Below, one piece after another: positions 28,296 to 37,129 of a DNA stretch of 64,000 nucleotides (within the stretch, counting starts at the first letter, position 1; each line of letters begins with the position of its first letter). The DNA lies in the NCBI GenBank assembly GCA_011049115.1, contig DSCM01000051.1, positions 8,010 to 72,009 on the forward strand. Reading direction: 5' to 3'. The notes under the pieces were generated by a model, which saw only the letters and a list, made by a program, of their open reading frames with translations, did no database searches and had not been told where the DNA came from. Source of the DNA: Pseudomonadota bacterium (GTDB lineage Bacteria; Desulfobacterota; Anaeroferrophillalia; Anaeroferrophillales; Tharpellaceae). Made by a program: the position numbers and the translations under genes.

Positions 28296-28384
28296 CTAAT
28301 GCGGGAATAAGCCCCGCAACCCAAGCGGCCTTGTCAGCCCGCACCTGACGGCGCTACCGATGGTCGCAAATAAGTACTTTCATC
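28296..28384. repeat. copy A of a two-copy intergenic repeat (see copy B at 44432-44520)
   Basis: In my near-ungapped hand alignment to 44432-44520 (same orientation), roughly two-thirds to three-quarters of positions are identical. Both copies begin CTAMTGCGGGAATAA-CCCGCAACCCAA and contain GGTCRCAA-T-AAGTRCT. Confidence 0.6.
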
Positions 28385-28423
28385 AGTTCATTTTCTTGTT
28401 TTTTTCAAACCGAAAATGAACTG
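28384..28423 (-). other. perfect 12-bp inverted repeat (intercistronic hairpin) between the beta and gamma subunit genes
   Basis: CAGTTCATTTTC (28384-28395), a 16-nt loop, then GAAAATGAACTG (28412-28423). No U-tract follows on either strand. Confidence 0.6.
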
Positions 28424-28430
28424 TCAGGCA

Positions 28431-29183
28431 CTAAAGAACGTCAACAACATCTTTCTGTTTCAAGATACCCAGAGGGAAATAAGGAATCATCTCCTCGGCA
28501 ATCCGTTTATTGGCTGCCTGCGGAGTCATCCCCCAGTTGGTCGGGCAGGTGGAAAGGACCTCGACAAAGGAAAAACCTCGACCCTCAATCTGCATCTGAA
28601 AAGCCTGGCGTATGATCTTCCGGGCTTTTTTGACATTTCCGGGAGTATTGACCGCAACCCTGGCAACCAACGAGGGGCCTTCTAGAGCGGCCAGCATTTC
28701 CGTCATCTTGATCGGATAGCCATCGCGATTGTTGTCGCGGCCATAGGGCGAGGTCGTACTGCGCTGGCCCAGCATGGTCGTAGGAGCCATCTGTCCCCCT
28801 GTCATCCCATAAATCCCGTTGTTGACAAAGATGATAGTGATATTATCGCCACGATTGGCCGCATGGATCACCTCGGCCGTCCCAATCGCGGCAAGATCGC
28901 CATCCCCCTGATAAGTAAAAACGATATTCTCCTTGAGAACCCTTTTGGTGCCGGCGGCCACCGCCGCAGCCCGACCATGGGGGGCCTCGATCACATCAAC
29001 ATCGAAATAGTCATAGAGAAAGACTGAACAACCGACAGAAGCAATTCCAACCGTTTTTTCGCGCAGGGAAAAATGGTCCAAAGCCTCAGCCACCAGCCGG
29101 TGAACAATGCCGTGATGACATCCCGGACAAAAATGAAACGGTTTATCCGTCATCGACCGGGGTCGTTTGAAAATCTGCTTCAT
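28431..29183 (-). CDS. 2-oxoacid:ferredoxin oxidoreductase, beta (TPP-binding) subunit
   Basis: 250 aa. It carries [13 protein letters not shown]... and ...GDGDLAAIG...[14 protein letters not shown]-binding motifs. Confidence 0.9.
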   Translation of the reverse strand: MKQIFKRPRSMTDKPFHFCPGCHHGIVHRLVAEALDHFSLREKTVGIASVGCSVFLYDYFDVDVIEAPHGRAAAVAAGTKRVLKENIVFTYQGDGDLAAIGTAEVIHAANRGDNITIIFVNNGIYGMTGGQMAPTTMLGQRSTTSPYGRDNNRDGYPIKMTEMLAALEGPSLVARVAVNTPGNVKKARKIIRQAFQMQIEGRGFSFVEVLSTCPTNWGMTPQAANKRIAEEMIPYFPLGILKQKDVVDVL

Positions 29184-29185
29184 GA

Positions 29186-30265
29186 TTAGCTTTCCTGTTT
29201 ATTTTTTTCGCAAGTTTCACGAATTTTGACGTAGAGGTCCTCCGGCGTCGGCACTGAACCTCCGGGACGTCCATAGAAATCCACCTTGCAATCCCCCGGT
29301 AAAGAGAGCCGGACATCCTCAACCATTTGCCCGGTGTTCATCTCGGCAACAAGAAATTTTTTGACCCGGCCACCGGTCCGAAACAAGACCCGGCGGGGAA
29401 AAGGAAAGAGCGTGATCGGCCGAACTAAACCCACCTTCATACCTTCGGCCCGAGCCTGAGCCACGGCGGTCTTGACAATTCGCGCGACACTGCCAAAGGC
29501 GACCACCACCAGTTCTGCATCCTCGGTATCAAGTTCCTCGACCATGACATCGTCGCGCTCCAGGAGCTCATATTTGGCCTGCAAATGCCAGTTGTGCTTT
29601 TCCATTTCCCCGTCGGCAAGAAACAAGGATTTGATCAAACGGGCCGGACGCCCTTTGGCGCCGGTAATCAACCAATCACGATCCTCTCCTCCGCTGGTCT
29701 TTTCCGGCAACCAGGGAATAATCGGTTCCTTGATCTGGCCCAAAATCGCGTCCCCTAAAATCAAGGTCAGCATCCGATATTTCTCAGCCAACTCAAAGGC
29801 CCTGATCGTCAGATCGTAAAGCTCCTGCCCGGTGTGAGGAGCCAGGACGATCAGTTTATAATCTCCGTGCCCACCTCCTTTAACCGACTGAAAATAATCT
29901 CCCTGCGTCGCGTTAATACCACCCAGCCCCGGTCCCTGACGGCTCATATTGACCACTACGGCGGGCAGTTCGTTCCCGGCAAAATAGGAAAAACCTTCCT
30001 GCATCAAAGAAATCCCCGGGCCGCTTGACGAAGTCATAACCCGTGCCCCGGTGGCCGCTGCCCCTATTAACATATTGATTGACGCTATTTCACTTTCAGC
30101 CTGCAGAAATTCACCGCCGACCGCCGGAAGATGCTCCGCCATATATTCAGGGATCTCGTTCTGCGGGGTAATCGGATAGCCGAAATAATAAAAACACCCG
30201 GCATTGATCGCGGCCATCGCAATCGCTTCATTACCTTTCGCAAAAACCTTCTTCGGCTTGTTCAT
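29186..30265 (-). CDS. 2-oxoacid:ferredoxin oxidoreductase, alpha subunit
   Basis: 359 aa. [28 protein letters not shown]...[30 protein letters not shown] is the typical alpha-subunit sequence. Confidence 0.9.
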   Translation of the reverse strand: MNKPKKVFAKGNEAIAMAAINAGCFYYFGYPITPQNEIPEYMAEHLPAVGGEFLQAESEIASINMLIGAAATGARVMTSSSGPGISLMQEGFSYFAGNELPAVVVNMSRQGPGLGGINATQGDYFQSVKGGGHGDYKLIVLAPHTGQELYDLTIRAFELAEKYRMLTLILGDAILGQIKEPIIPWLPEKTSGGEDRDWLITGAKGRPARLIKSLFLADGEMEKHNWHLQAKYELLERDDVMVEELDTEDAELVVVAFGSVARIVKTAVAQARAEGMKVGLVRPITLFPFPRRVLFRTGGRVKKFLVAEMNTGQMVEDVRLSLPGDCKVDFYGRPGGSVPTPEDLYVKIRETCEKNKQES

Positions 30266-30274
30266 CTAACCCTC

Positions 30275-30478
30275 TTACCTCCAGACAGCTATCGCCACAT
30301 CAGGACACATTTCAGCGCAACGGCAGCAACCGACACAGGCTTCCGGCCGCATCGCCACCACATACTGATAACCTCCCAGATTAATCCCTGCTCCAATTTC
30401 TAGAATTGCCTCCGGGCAGACCTCAACACAGAGCCCGCAACTTTTACAGCGCTCGATATCAATCTCAATTTTCGCCAT
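30275..30478 (-). CDS. 2-oxoacid:ferredoxin oxidoreductase, delta subunit (2x[4Fe-4S] ferredoxin)
   Basis: 67 aa with two CxxCxxCxxxCP-type clusters (CKSCGLCVEVCP, CVGCCRCAEMCP). The delta-alpha-beta-gamma order matches Oor/Kor-DABC-type operons. Substrate specificity cannot be determined from sequence by eye. Confidence 0.85.
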   Translation of the reverse strand: MAKIEIDIERCKSCGLCVEVCPEAILEIGAGINLGGYQYVVAMRPEACVGCCRCAEMCPDVAIAVWR

Positions 30479-30641
30479 AACCTTTTATTTCTCCAGGGAA
30501 CCGGCGTTTTTGACTTCCGCGCAAGCTCAGCGGCGCCGCAGGTTTCTCCCGCAACTCCTGGTCGCTCCTACGCATTTTAAGCCCTGCGCTCAGTTCAAAA
30601 ACAAACCTGTCACTACTGTTTTACCACTCAGATAAGGAAAC

Positions 30642-30671
30642 TTTATAATGGCTTACTTCAATACTTGTCAA
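30642..30671 (-). promoter_or_regulatory. sigma-70-type promoter for the oxidoreductase operon
   Basis: The minus strand reads TTGACA, an 18-nt spacer, then TATAAA, about 160 nt upstream of the delta-subunit ATG. Confidence 0.55.
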
Positions 30672-30697
30672 TCTAAAAAATCCGCCTTCAAACCGGC

Positions 30698-31402
30698 TCA
30701 GACAAAGGTATAAAAGGAAAAATCGTCCGTGCCGACATCCGTCGGAATTTTCGAGAAAAAGTCAGCCGCCGCCGCCAAAAATTCCAGATATTCGGCAAAG
30801 CCCTGAGGATCACTGACCTTTTCGATCTCACAACCGTAACAGTAGTAACCATCGGGACGCCCGGACTTGACATTTTTGAGGCGGCATTGAATCTGCAAAC
30901 GACTATCGGCGGCCAGACTCATTTCCAGAAGAAAATTACGCGGAACCCGGTGCCGACTCAGAATTCCGACACCCTGCGGACCAATATCCACCACGTAAGA
31001 ACATGGCGACAAGAGCACTTTGTAACCATCCTTGTGCATACCACTCAGAGTTACCGGCGTGTAACTCTGATAACGGGGGGCACTCCAGATTTTGACCTGT
31101 TTGATCTCTCGCAGTTCGGGTGTTTTCAAGCAAAGGTGATAAAATGGAATATAACTGACCTTGAGAACCGAGGTTTTGAACTGATAGCTGAAACCTTTGT
31201 GTTCATAATTTAAGTAAAGAAGATTATTAACATAAACCGAGTCGAAATAGCGCCAACCACCGCTTTTGGCCTGACGCTTGGGGCGGTCTATGATAATGGT
31301 ATCCCCAACCCTGGTCAGCAAATGACTTTGATATTTTTCGCCGGCCAGGATTTTGGCGACTTCCACTAGCTGGTAGGGGGCAAACGGCAAGCTCTCTGGC
31401 AT
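30698..31402 (-). CDS. YcgR/PilZ-like protein with degenerate c-di-GMP-binding motifs
   Basis: 234 aa. The C-terminal half has the PilZ layout, but RxxxR is replaced by PRYQSY and D/NxSxxG by DIGPQG (VVDIGPQGVGILS). The N-terminal half resembles a YcgR-N-type beta-barrel. Confidence 0.45.
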   Translation of the reverse strand: MPESLPFAPYQLVEVAKILAGEKYQSHLLTRVGDTIIIDRPKRQAKSGGWRYFDSVYVNNLLYLNYEHKGFSYQFKTSVLKVSYIPFYHLCLKTPELREIKQVKIWSAPRYQSYTPVTLSGMHKDGYKVLLSPCSYVVDIGPQGVGILSRHRVPRNFLLEMSLAADSRLQIQCRLKNVKSGRPDGYYCYGCEIEKVSDPQGFAEYLEFLAAAADFFSKIPTDVGTDDFSFYTFV

Positions 31403-31518
31403 TTCTCAGGGAACCTCCTGTTCCAGAAAAGTTCCACCGCGAACGAGCTGCTCCAGACAACAGCAACCGCGGCTGGATTAAACGAAATCATGGTCGCCCC
31501 GCTTGCGCCAGCCTTTCT

Positions 31519-32931
31519 TTAAGAAGCCAAGCGACCCTCCTGAAGATCATTCCAGATCTTCGCAACCTGTTTTTTGGTATACGCAAGATCTCCTGTATTA
31601 TCAACCACAAAATCGGCAAATTGCAATTTTTCATCAATCGGCAGCTGCGCCTTAAGAATGTTTGCGGCTTCAGCCTCACTGATTCCATCACGCTGCGCCA
31701 GGCGCTCAACCTGAATCTGAGCCGGCACATGAATAACCAGAATCTTATCGAAAAGATACTGCAGATTCAGCTCTATCAAAAGAGGTACGGCTACCTGAAT
31801 AACGGCGTCCGGGTTCCTGGCCGCAATGGCAGCAGTCTGACGAAAAAATTCCTCGTAAATAGGCGGGTGGGTAAAACTTTCTAGTTTTTTGCGTTTTTCC
31901 ATATCCCCGAAAACGATATCGGAAAGTTTTTTACGATCCAGGCTGCCGTCCTCCGCCAGCACTTGACGCCCAAAATAATCGACAATCCGGGCCAGACCCG
32001 AGGTCCCAGGTTCAACCACTTGGCGGGCAATCAGATCAAAGTCAATCAAGGGTGAACCCAGCTCGCCAAGCATCTTCGAAACCGTACTTTTGCCACTGGC
32101 GATCCCCCCGGTAACCCCGAGAAGAAAATGCCGTCCGTCACCTTTGACCTTTTTCATCATCTCTTCCAGCCCGAGATATGCCGGCGGGAAGACTGAAGTC
32201 AAATCACAACTGGCTCCAGCAAAACTGATCGGATAACGCACCCCCCGGCGATAAAGAGCTTCAAGACCGGACAAAGCTTTCTCCATCAGAGCGGCTGGCA
32301 GAGCCATCACCAGTTCGTCATCCTGAGTGTGACCGTAACAACGCTCGCCGTAACAAGGCAAAGCCAGCGAGGCTTTCTGGTCCCGATAACAGCGCACAAT
32401 CGCATCGGCGCAGGAAGACTCGCCGACACAAAAAAACTGCATAACCTCGTAATCGACAAATTGCAGAGCGTTGACCAACAACATCATCTGGGCCGGATTA
32501 GCGTAAATCAAAACGATATCCGGATCAAACGGATTATACACCAGCGGCGCCATGGCCAGCGCCTGATAACGACCAACCGGCAGCCTGGGAATCGACCGTT
32601 CAAACTTACGGCCGTCCTCTTTGGTGGCAACCCAGACAATGTTGCGAAAGGTTCCATCCCGATGACTTTCGGGCAACTCCTGCAGACCCAGAATGGAAGA
32701 ACAGGAGGCAAAAAGAAAATCCTTGATTTCAGCTCCGACACTCCAGTCAAAGTTGCGCACCAGATTAATCATCTGACACATGGTCATTTTATTCTGTGGC
32801 CGACGCAGAAAAGGGATAACCTCTAGTTCTTTTCGGCTTTCCAGCATTTTAAAGGCTACAGGGAATGATTTCAAGCGCAACAACCGCTCAAAACGCCTAA
32901 CTATTCTTTCCCAATCCTTTTCAGTTTTCAT
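31519..32931 (-). CDS. coaE: fusion protein: N-terminal DUF169 (COG2043) domain plus C-terminal dephospho-CoA kinase
   Basis: 470 aa. The N-terminal ...LRLKSFPVAFKMLESRKE...MTMCQMINLVRNF...SCSSILGL is DUF169-like. From about residue 275, FLLGVTGGIASGKSTVSKMLGELGSPLIDFDLIARQVVEPG... is an unmistakable CoaE sequence. There is no stop between the two halves. Confidence 0.8.
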   Translation of the reverse strand: MKTEKDWERIVRRFERLLRLKSFPVAFKMLESRKELEVIPFLRRPQNKMTMCQMINLVRNFDWSVGAEIKDFLFASCSSILGLQELPESHRDGTFRNIVWVATKEDGRKFERSIPRLPVGRYQALAMAPLVYNPFDPDIVLIYANPAQMMLLVNALQFVDYEVMQFFCVGESSCADAIVRCYRDQKASLALPCYGERCYGHTQDDELVMALPAALMEKALSGLEALYRRGVRYPISFAGASCDLTSVFPPAYLGLEEMMKKVKGDGRHFLLGVTGGIASGKSTVSKMLGELGSPLIDFDLIARQVVEPGTSGLARIVDYFGRQVLAEDGSLDRKKLSDIVFGDMEKRKKLESFTHPPIYEEFFRQTAAIAARNPDAVIQVAVPLLIELNLQYLFDKILVIHVPAQIQVERLAQRDGISEAEAANILKAQLPIDEKLQFADFVVDNTGDLAYTKKQVAKIWNDLQEGRLAS

Positions 32932-33080
32932 AATCCATAGTCCTTAAAAATCATCTCCGGCCCAAATCCCGGCGCCCCCGGGCTCTTTAAGCAGGTCGGA
33001 AACTGATTGGCCGGATGCAGGCTCAATATCCTACCAAGCCTGAATCCGGCTATCCCTTCAGAGTTTCAATGTTTCAATAA

Positions 33081-34253
33081 TCAACGAAAGCTGACCGGAC
33101 GACAGTCAGCCTGTTTCAAAACCGCGAGCAGATCCTCCTCATTCCTGAGCCTCCGCGTAAAGGCGGTAGCATAGATGCCTACCGATGATACATCATGCGC
33201 GTCACTGCCGCCGATCGCCGGCAACCCCAGACCCAAAGCAACCTCCCGGGCCAGATTATTCTCGGTGGCCGTAACCTTGCCATTCATGGTTTCCACCGCG
33301 TCCACCCACTTAAACATCTCCCGGGTCATGGCTTTTTCCGGGGTCAAACCGACATCGTCAGCCCCAAAGGTCAGAAAACCACGAAAAGGATGAGCGGCCA
33401 CGATAAACCCGCCCACGGTCGCAACCCGTTTCTTAAGCTCAGCCAAACGAATAATACCCTGAATATCCTCGTAAAAACCATAAACCAGCATGTCTCCCTG
33501 CTCGGTTACGATCTCATTAGCCCGCAAAACCAGAAAATCATGTTTTCGGCGCAGACTTGCGATTTCTTCCGCAGACCAGAGAAAATTATGATCACTCAGA
33601 CAAATTCCGTTGAGCCCGATGCGCTTGGCCTCGATAATCATCTCATCGACACTATCTGAAGCACAAGGCGAGGCCGGCGAGGTATGCACATGCAGGTCAA
33701 CCACAAACGACGCCGCGTCCGCCTTTGGCGACGTGGCAAGAATCTTTGCCTGGCTAGATTTTTGTTCAGAGCTGCAGTTTTCCGCGTCGGCCCCGAAAGC
33801 CAGGGAAGTCGTCCCCTTTGAACCATCCCCTGTGCACGCTCCGGTTTCCGAATTCAGCCTAAACTGTCGAAAAGTCAGCTCCGGATCATGCTCCCGGGCC
33901 GCCTCCCACTGCAACAGCTTAACGGTTTCCCGCAGGGCCCCGGCACAGTCGATAAAAAGGTTAGCAAAATGGCGACAAGCCCGGCGACCGATGGTCTTGT
34001 GAATTGTATTATCGATCCCCTCCGCCAGACAAAAACCTTCGGCCTCATCCAGAAAATTGAGCGCCCTGGGACATTCCGGCGTCGTCCAGCGCAGCCAGCG
34101 CCCTTCGATCTCGAAACAGACCAGATCGCTGATCCTGGCCTTGAAATTGAGCTCCAGGCTGTAGATTGAATCATCCAGAACTCCATGTACAGCCAGGGTT
34201 TCCTGATCCAGACGAGCAACATTCACAATCTTGTTGCGCATAAATTTCAACAT
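33081..34253 (-). CDS. fusion protein: N-terminal DUF2889-like domain plus C-terminal PHP-family metal-dependent phosphoesterase
   Basis: 390 aa. The N-terminal segment has the conserved Cys pattern (TTPECPRALNFLDEAEGFCL...IGRRACRHFANLFIDC). The C-terminal segment has VDLHVHTSPASPCA...LSDHNF...AAHPF...GGSDAHD PHP motifs. Confidence 0.65.
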   Translation of the reverse strand: MLKFMRNKIVNVARLDQETLAVHGVLDDSIYSLELNFKARISDLVCFEIEGRWLRWTTPECPRALNFLDEAEGFCLAEGIDNTIHKTIGRRACRHFANLFIDCAGALRETVKLLQWEAAREHDPELTFRQFRLNSETGACTGDGSKGTTSLAFGADAENCSSEQKSSQAKILATSPKADAASFVVDLHVHTSPASPCASDSVDEMIIEAKRIGLNGICLSDHNFLWSAEEIASLRRKHDFLVLRANEIVTEQGDMLVYGFYEDIQGIIRLAELKKRVATVGGFIVAAHPFRGFLTFGADDVGLTPEKAMTREMFKWVDAVETMNGKVTATENNLAREVALGLGLPAIGGSDAHDVSSVGIYATAFTRRLRNEEDLLAVLKQADCRPVSFR

Positions 34254-34768
34254 CAGCCCTGCCCTCCCGCCGATTCCGCCTCAAGCTCGGCCACCAACGG
34301 CGTCCCTTTGGCAAAAGCTGCACAGCGATCGTAAAGACGAATGTTTTTTTTGACCATTTCCGAGTAAAAAACGATCTTGCCGGCCTCGTCGTCAGGCGCC
34401 TTGAGCAGTACCTTCTTGGTCAAGGTCAGAATAATCCCATGACAACATTCCTCGACCATATAGACCAGCTCGTCGCAGTTTTTATCTTCTCCCAGCAGAC
34501 CCTTGATGATTTTCAGCATGCCGGTACCCACTCGCACCCCCAGGACCTTTTGTAGCCGCTGATCCAGATCGGCTATTTCATCATGATATGCGTGCGTATA
34601 ATGACCAGAGATGCCGACAATTTCAAGATCCGGCATTTTCACCTCAAGCCTGACCTCGGCATCGGTCAGAGTATCACGTAAGCGACAAACCGAAAGTAAA
34701 TCATTTTCATTTATTTTCTCGACGCTGGTGCCGCGATTCATGGAATATTTAAGAATATTATTGGCCAT
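34253..34768 (-). CDS. DUF2889-like protein
   Basis: 171 aa. ...EVRLEVKMPDLEIVGISGHYTHAYHDE...GVRVGTGMLKIIKGLLGEDKNCDELVYMVEECCHG has a layout similar to the N-terminal half of the next gene. It overlaps that gene by 1 nt. Confidence 0.5.
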   Translation of the reverse strand: MANNILKYSMNRGTSVEKINENDLLSVCRLRDTLTDAEVRLEVKMPDLEIVGISGHYTHAYHDEIADLDQRLQKVLGVRVGTGMLKIIKGLLGEDKNCDELVYMVEECCHGIILTLTKKVLLKAPDDEAGKIVFYSEMVKKNIRLYDRCAAFAKGTPLVAELEAESAGGQG

Positions 34769-34771
34769 GGA

Positions 34772-35533
34772 TTACTTTACCTGCTCGCTCAGCGTGAATT
34801 TCCAGGCACAAAACCACTCCTGCGGATGTTTGTCCGGCGGACAACCAAGACACTCGGTTGCGATCCGGGAATCGATCGTCCGAGCGAAATAGGGGTATTC
34901 AACCATCCCGGCCGATTTGCAGGGATAATCTTCCAGTCCCTTGCGCTGCCGGGCGACCTGAACCCGGCATTCATTCATGCGAAAAATAATCGTGTTCGCA
35001 TCAACATCCTCAATCGACTGTTTATTGATCAAGGCATACATACGAAATGCCAAGGCCTGTTTCAAAGCAGGAATGCCGCCGTTATCCGGCAAACCGAGAA
35101 GTTCCTTAACACGCTCCGCCTCATAAGGGGAATAGCGGGTCCAGCAGGTGTCATTGCAGCGTTTGGCATCAATCATGCCAAACTCACTTTCAACCGCCTG
35201 AAACCAGATGCCATCGTTCGCCAGCCAGTTGACCCCCAGATTCTTCAACAGATCAATCAAAGCTTCCCGGGAAAGTCCGGACAAGTGGGCCGGCACCCCG
35301 TCTTTGAGTTCGAACCCAAAAATCTTGGCCAGACGACTGAGCTGATTACTGAAACTGCCTGCCCAGGCTTTCTTTTCCACCGCCAGAGCCTTTTCCATTC
35401 CAAGCTGATGTTCAACCTCGGCAAACCAGCAACCGTAGTGAACCATGGTCCGACGAAAGGAATCAATCACCATTTTGACCAGCAACGCATCGTCAGCTTC
35501 GTTGATAATTTTACTCATGTCGTTCATCGCCAA
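34772..35533 (-). CDS. conserved hypothetical protein (helical; C-terminal Cys motif ECLGCPPD...FCAWKF); family uncertain
   Basis: 253-aa ORF tightly coupled (3-nt gap) to the DUF2889 gene. I cannot assign a family with confidence. Confidence 0.5.
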   Translation of the reverse strand: MAMNDMSKIINEADDALLVKMVIDSFRRTMVHYGCWFAEVEHQLGMEKALAVEKKAWAGSFSNQLSRLAKIFGFELKDGVPAHLSGLSREALIDLLKNLGVNWLANDGIWFQAVESEFGMIDAKRCNDTCWTRYSPYEAERVKELLGLPDNGGIPALKQALAFRMYALINKQSIEDVDANTIIFRMNECRVQVARQRKGLEDYPCKSAGMVEYPYFARTIDSRIATECLGCPPDKHPQEWFCAWKFTLSEQVK

Positions 35534-35653
35534 CCTCCCTTTACTTTTAAAGAAATATTACTTTTGCAAGCCTTTGATTATCTGTTTGCCAAAACATTTT
35601 TACTCCGGTTCAAGCACGCATAATCAGCCCCGGGCTGCGCCTCGGTCCCAAAA

Positions 35654-36115
35654 TCAAGTACGGCTTTCCAATCGGTATTTATGGCCCGCCAAAACCAAAA
35701 AAAAGACGCCCTCATCTTCCCGCAACAGCTCTGCCAGACGAAAATGGGCCGTCGGCAGACAACGGGCGGCAAAACGATCATTCTTCACCCGCGCCCGCAG
35801 AGCCCCTGAATCATCCAGCGCCAAAGTCGACGGAACGAGGATTTCCCGGGTGCCGTCATCCAAAACCAGGATGATTTCAAGCGGGTCGCCCTCACCATTT
35901 CTTTTCACCTCGATATCATGAATGAAGAAAGGGGTTTTCTCAACCCTGACCGGAGCTCGCTTACCCTTATAATCAATAAAATAATTGCCGCCGGCCGGAT
36001 CGACAATCAGCGAAGACTTAAAGAGAGCAAGAACCTCAGGATGAATAATCTGATTGCCTTCATACCACCATTGTCCCTGACCATCGATCAAGATATAATC
36101 CTCTGTCTGTTCCAT
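35654..36115 (-). CDS. DUF1285-family protein
   Basis: 153 aa. ILIDGQGQWWYEGNQIIHPEVLALFKSSLIVDPAGGNYFIDYKGKRAPVRVEKTPFFI matches the DUF1285 pattern (dG.W.y.G..I......lF...L.......Y........v.Ve..PF). Confidence 0.6.
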   Translation of the reverse strand: MEQTEDYILIDGQGQWWYEGNQIIHPEVLALFKSSLIVDPAGGNYFIDYKGKRAPVRVEKTPFFIHDIEVKRNGEGDPLEIILVLDDGTREILVPSTLALDDSGALRARVKNDRFAARCLPTAHFRLAELLREDEGVFFLVLAGHKYRLESRT

Positions 36116-36721
36116 GCTGACCTTCTTGAGTTAATATATATAAATCCCGCAAAGCACAACCCTAATTAAACTGGGCAAGATCTATCAATCAACTAATTTT
36201 AAAGATTGAAGAACGAAAAGTTACTATTCAGCCAATCCGGAAAATCAGGGGGGACGATCCCGATTCCTTCCCGATTTTTTGCAGAGATCAGGACATGTCC
36301 CCGATTTTCCTGATGTTCACGTCTCAACACAAGCTGAAACTATCTGCGCTGAATAGCGCCCTAAGACCGCTACCGCGGCCACACATTAGGGCCAGCGACA
36401 AAGCGCTCAACGCACAGGACAGCTATCTTAGTCAATTTATTGATTGGCTTTGATAGCAACGGGGTTACATGGCCGTTAATTGAAAATTTTCAGTATATAA
36501 GCAACTGCGAACGCAAATTAACCTTTCGGTTTACCAGCCCGATTTTTTTCTGATATTAAGGGTGTTGCATGGGGGAAAATTACCAGACTTTTACCAGTAT
36601 TGCAACATAATTTATCAGGTTTTTCAGGTATCACACTCTAAAAAACCGGCACCTCGCAATCCGATATCCGGATACTTCGCGGCCCCGCCGAGGAACGCCC
36701 AGTCGATGGGGCGAGAAAACG

Positions 36722-36767
36722 CCAAAAACGAAACAAGGGGTTAAGCGTTGATTTCGCCTAACCCCTT
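36722..36767 (-). terminator. rho-independent terminator after tRNA-Thr
   Basis: A 12-bp stem (AAGGGGUUAGGC / GCUUAACCCCUU in the minus orientation, where the single odd pair is a G-U) is followed by GUUUCGUUUUU. Confidence 0.6.
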
Positions 36768-36779
36768 TGATTTTACTGA

Positions 36780-36852
<73 letters not shown>

Positions 36853-37129
36853 AGGAAACCAATCATTCTGCTGCACCCGGTCACAGTCAACCCACCTGAA
36901 CCTGATCCGTATCAAAAAAACAGAAGGCGGACTGTATCCGTGCTCAGGGGCGATTTTCTAGTTGGTTTCCGGCAAAAATGCAAGCTAAAAGTAAAATCCT
37001 CCTGCGCGCCGCGCGAAAATCGCGGTTATTCATTTCTCTTGACGCCGACAATGTGTTATGAAGAGCGCCTCTCTTGGATTTTCCGCCAACCCCTCAAACG
37101 ATTGTTTTTTTGTGTCGAAAACCATACCC

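Noticed and set aside
36340-36400. A possible third, divergent copy of the 28296/44432 repeat (GCGCTGAATAGCGC hairpin plus GCTACCG...GGCCACACATTAG).
   Set aside because: Only short blocks align, and a 25-nt internal gap is required. I could not distinguish this from chance by eye.
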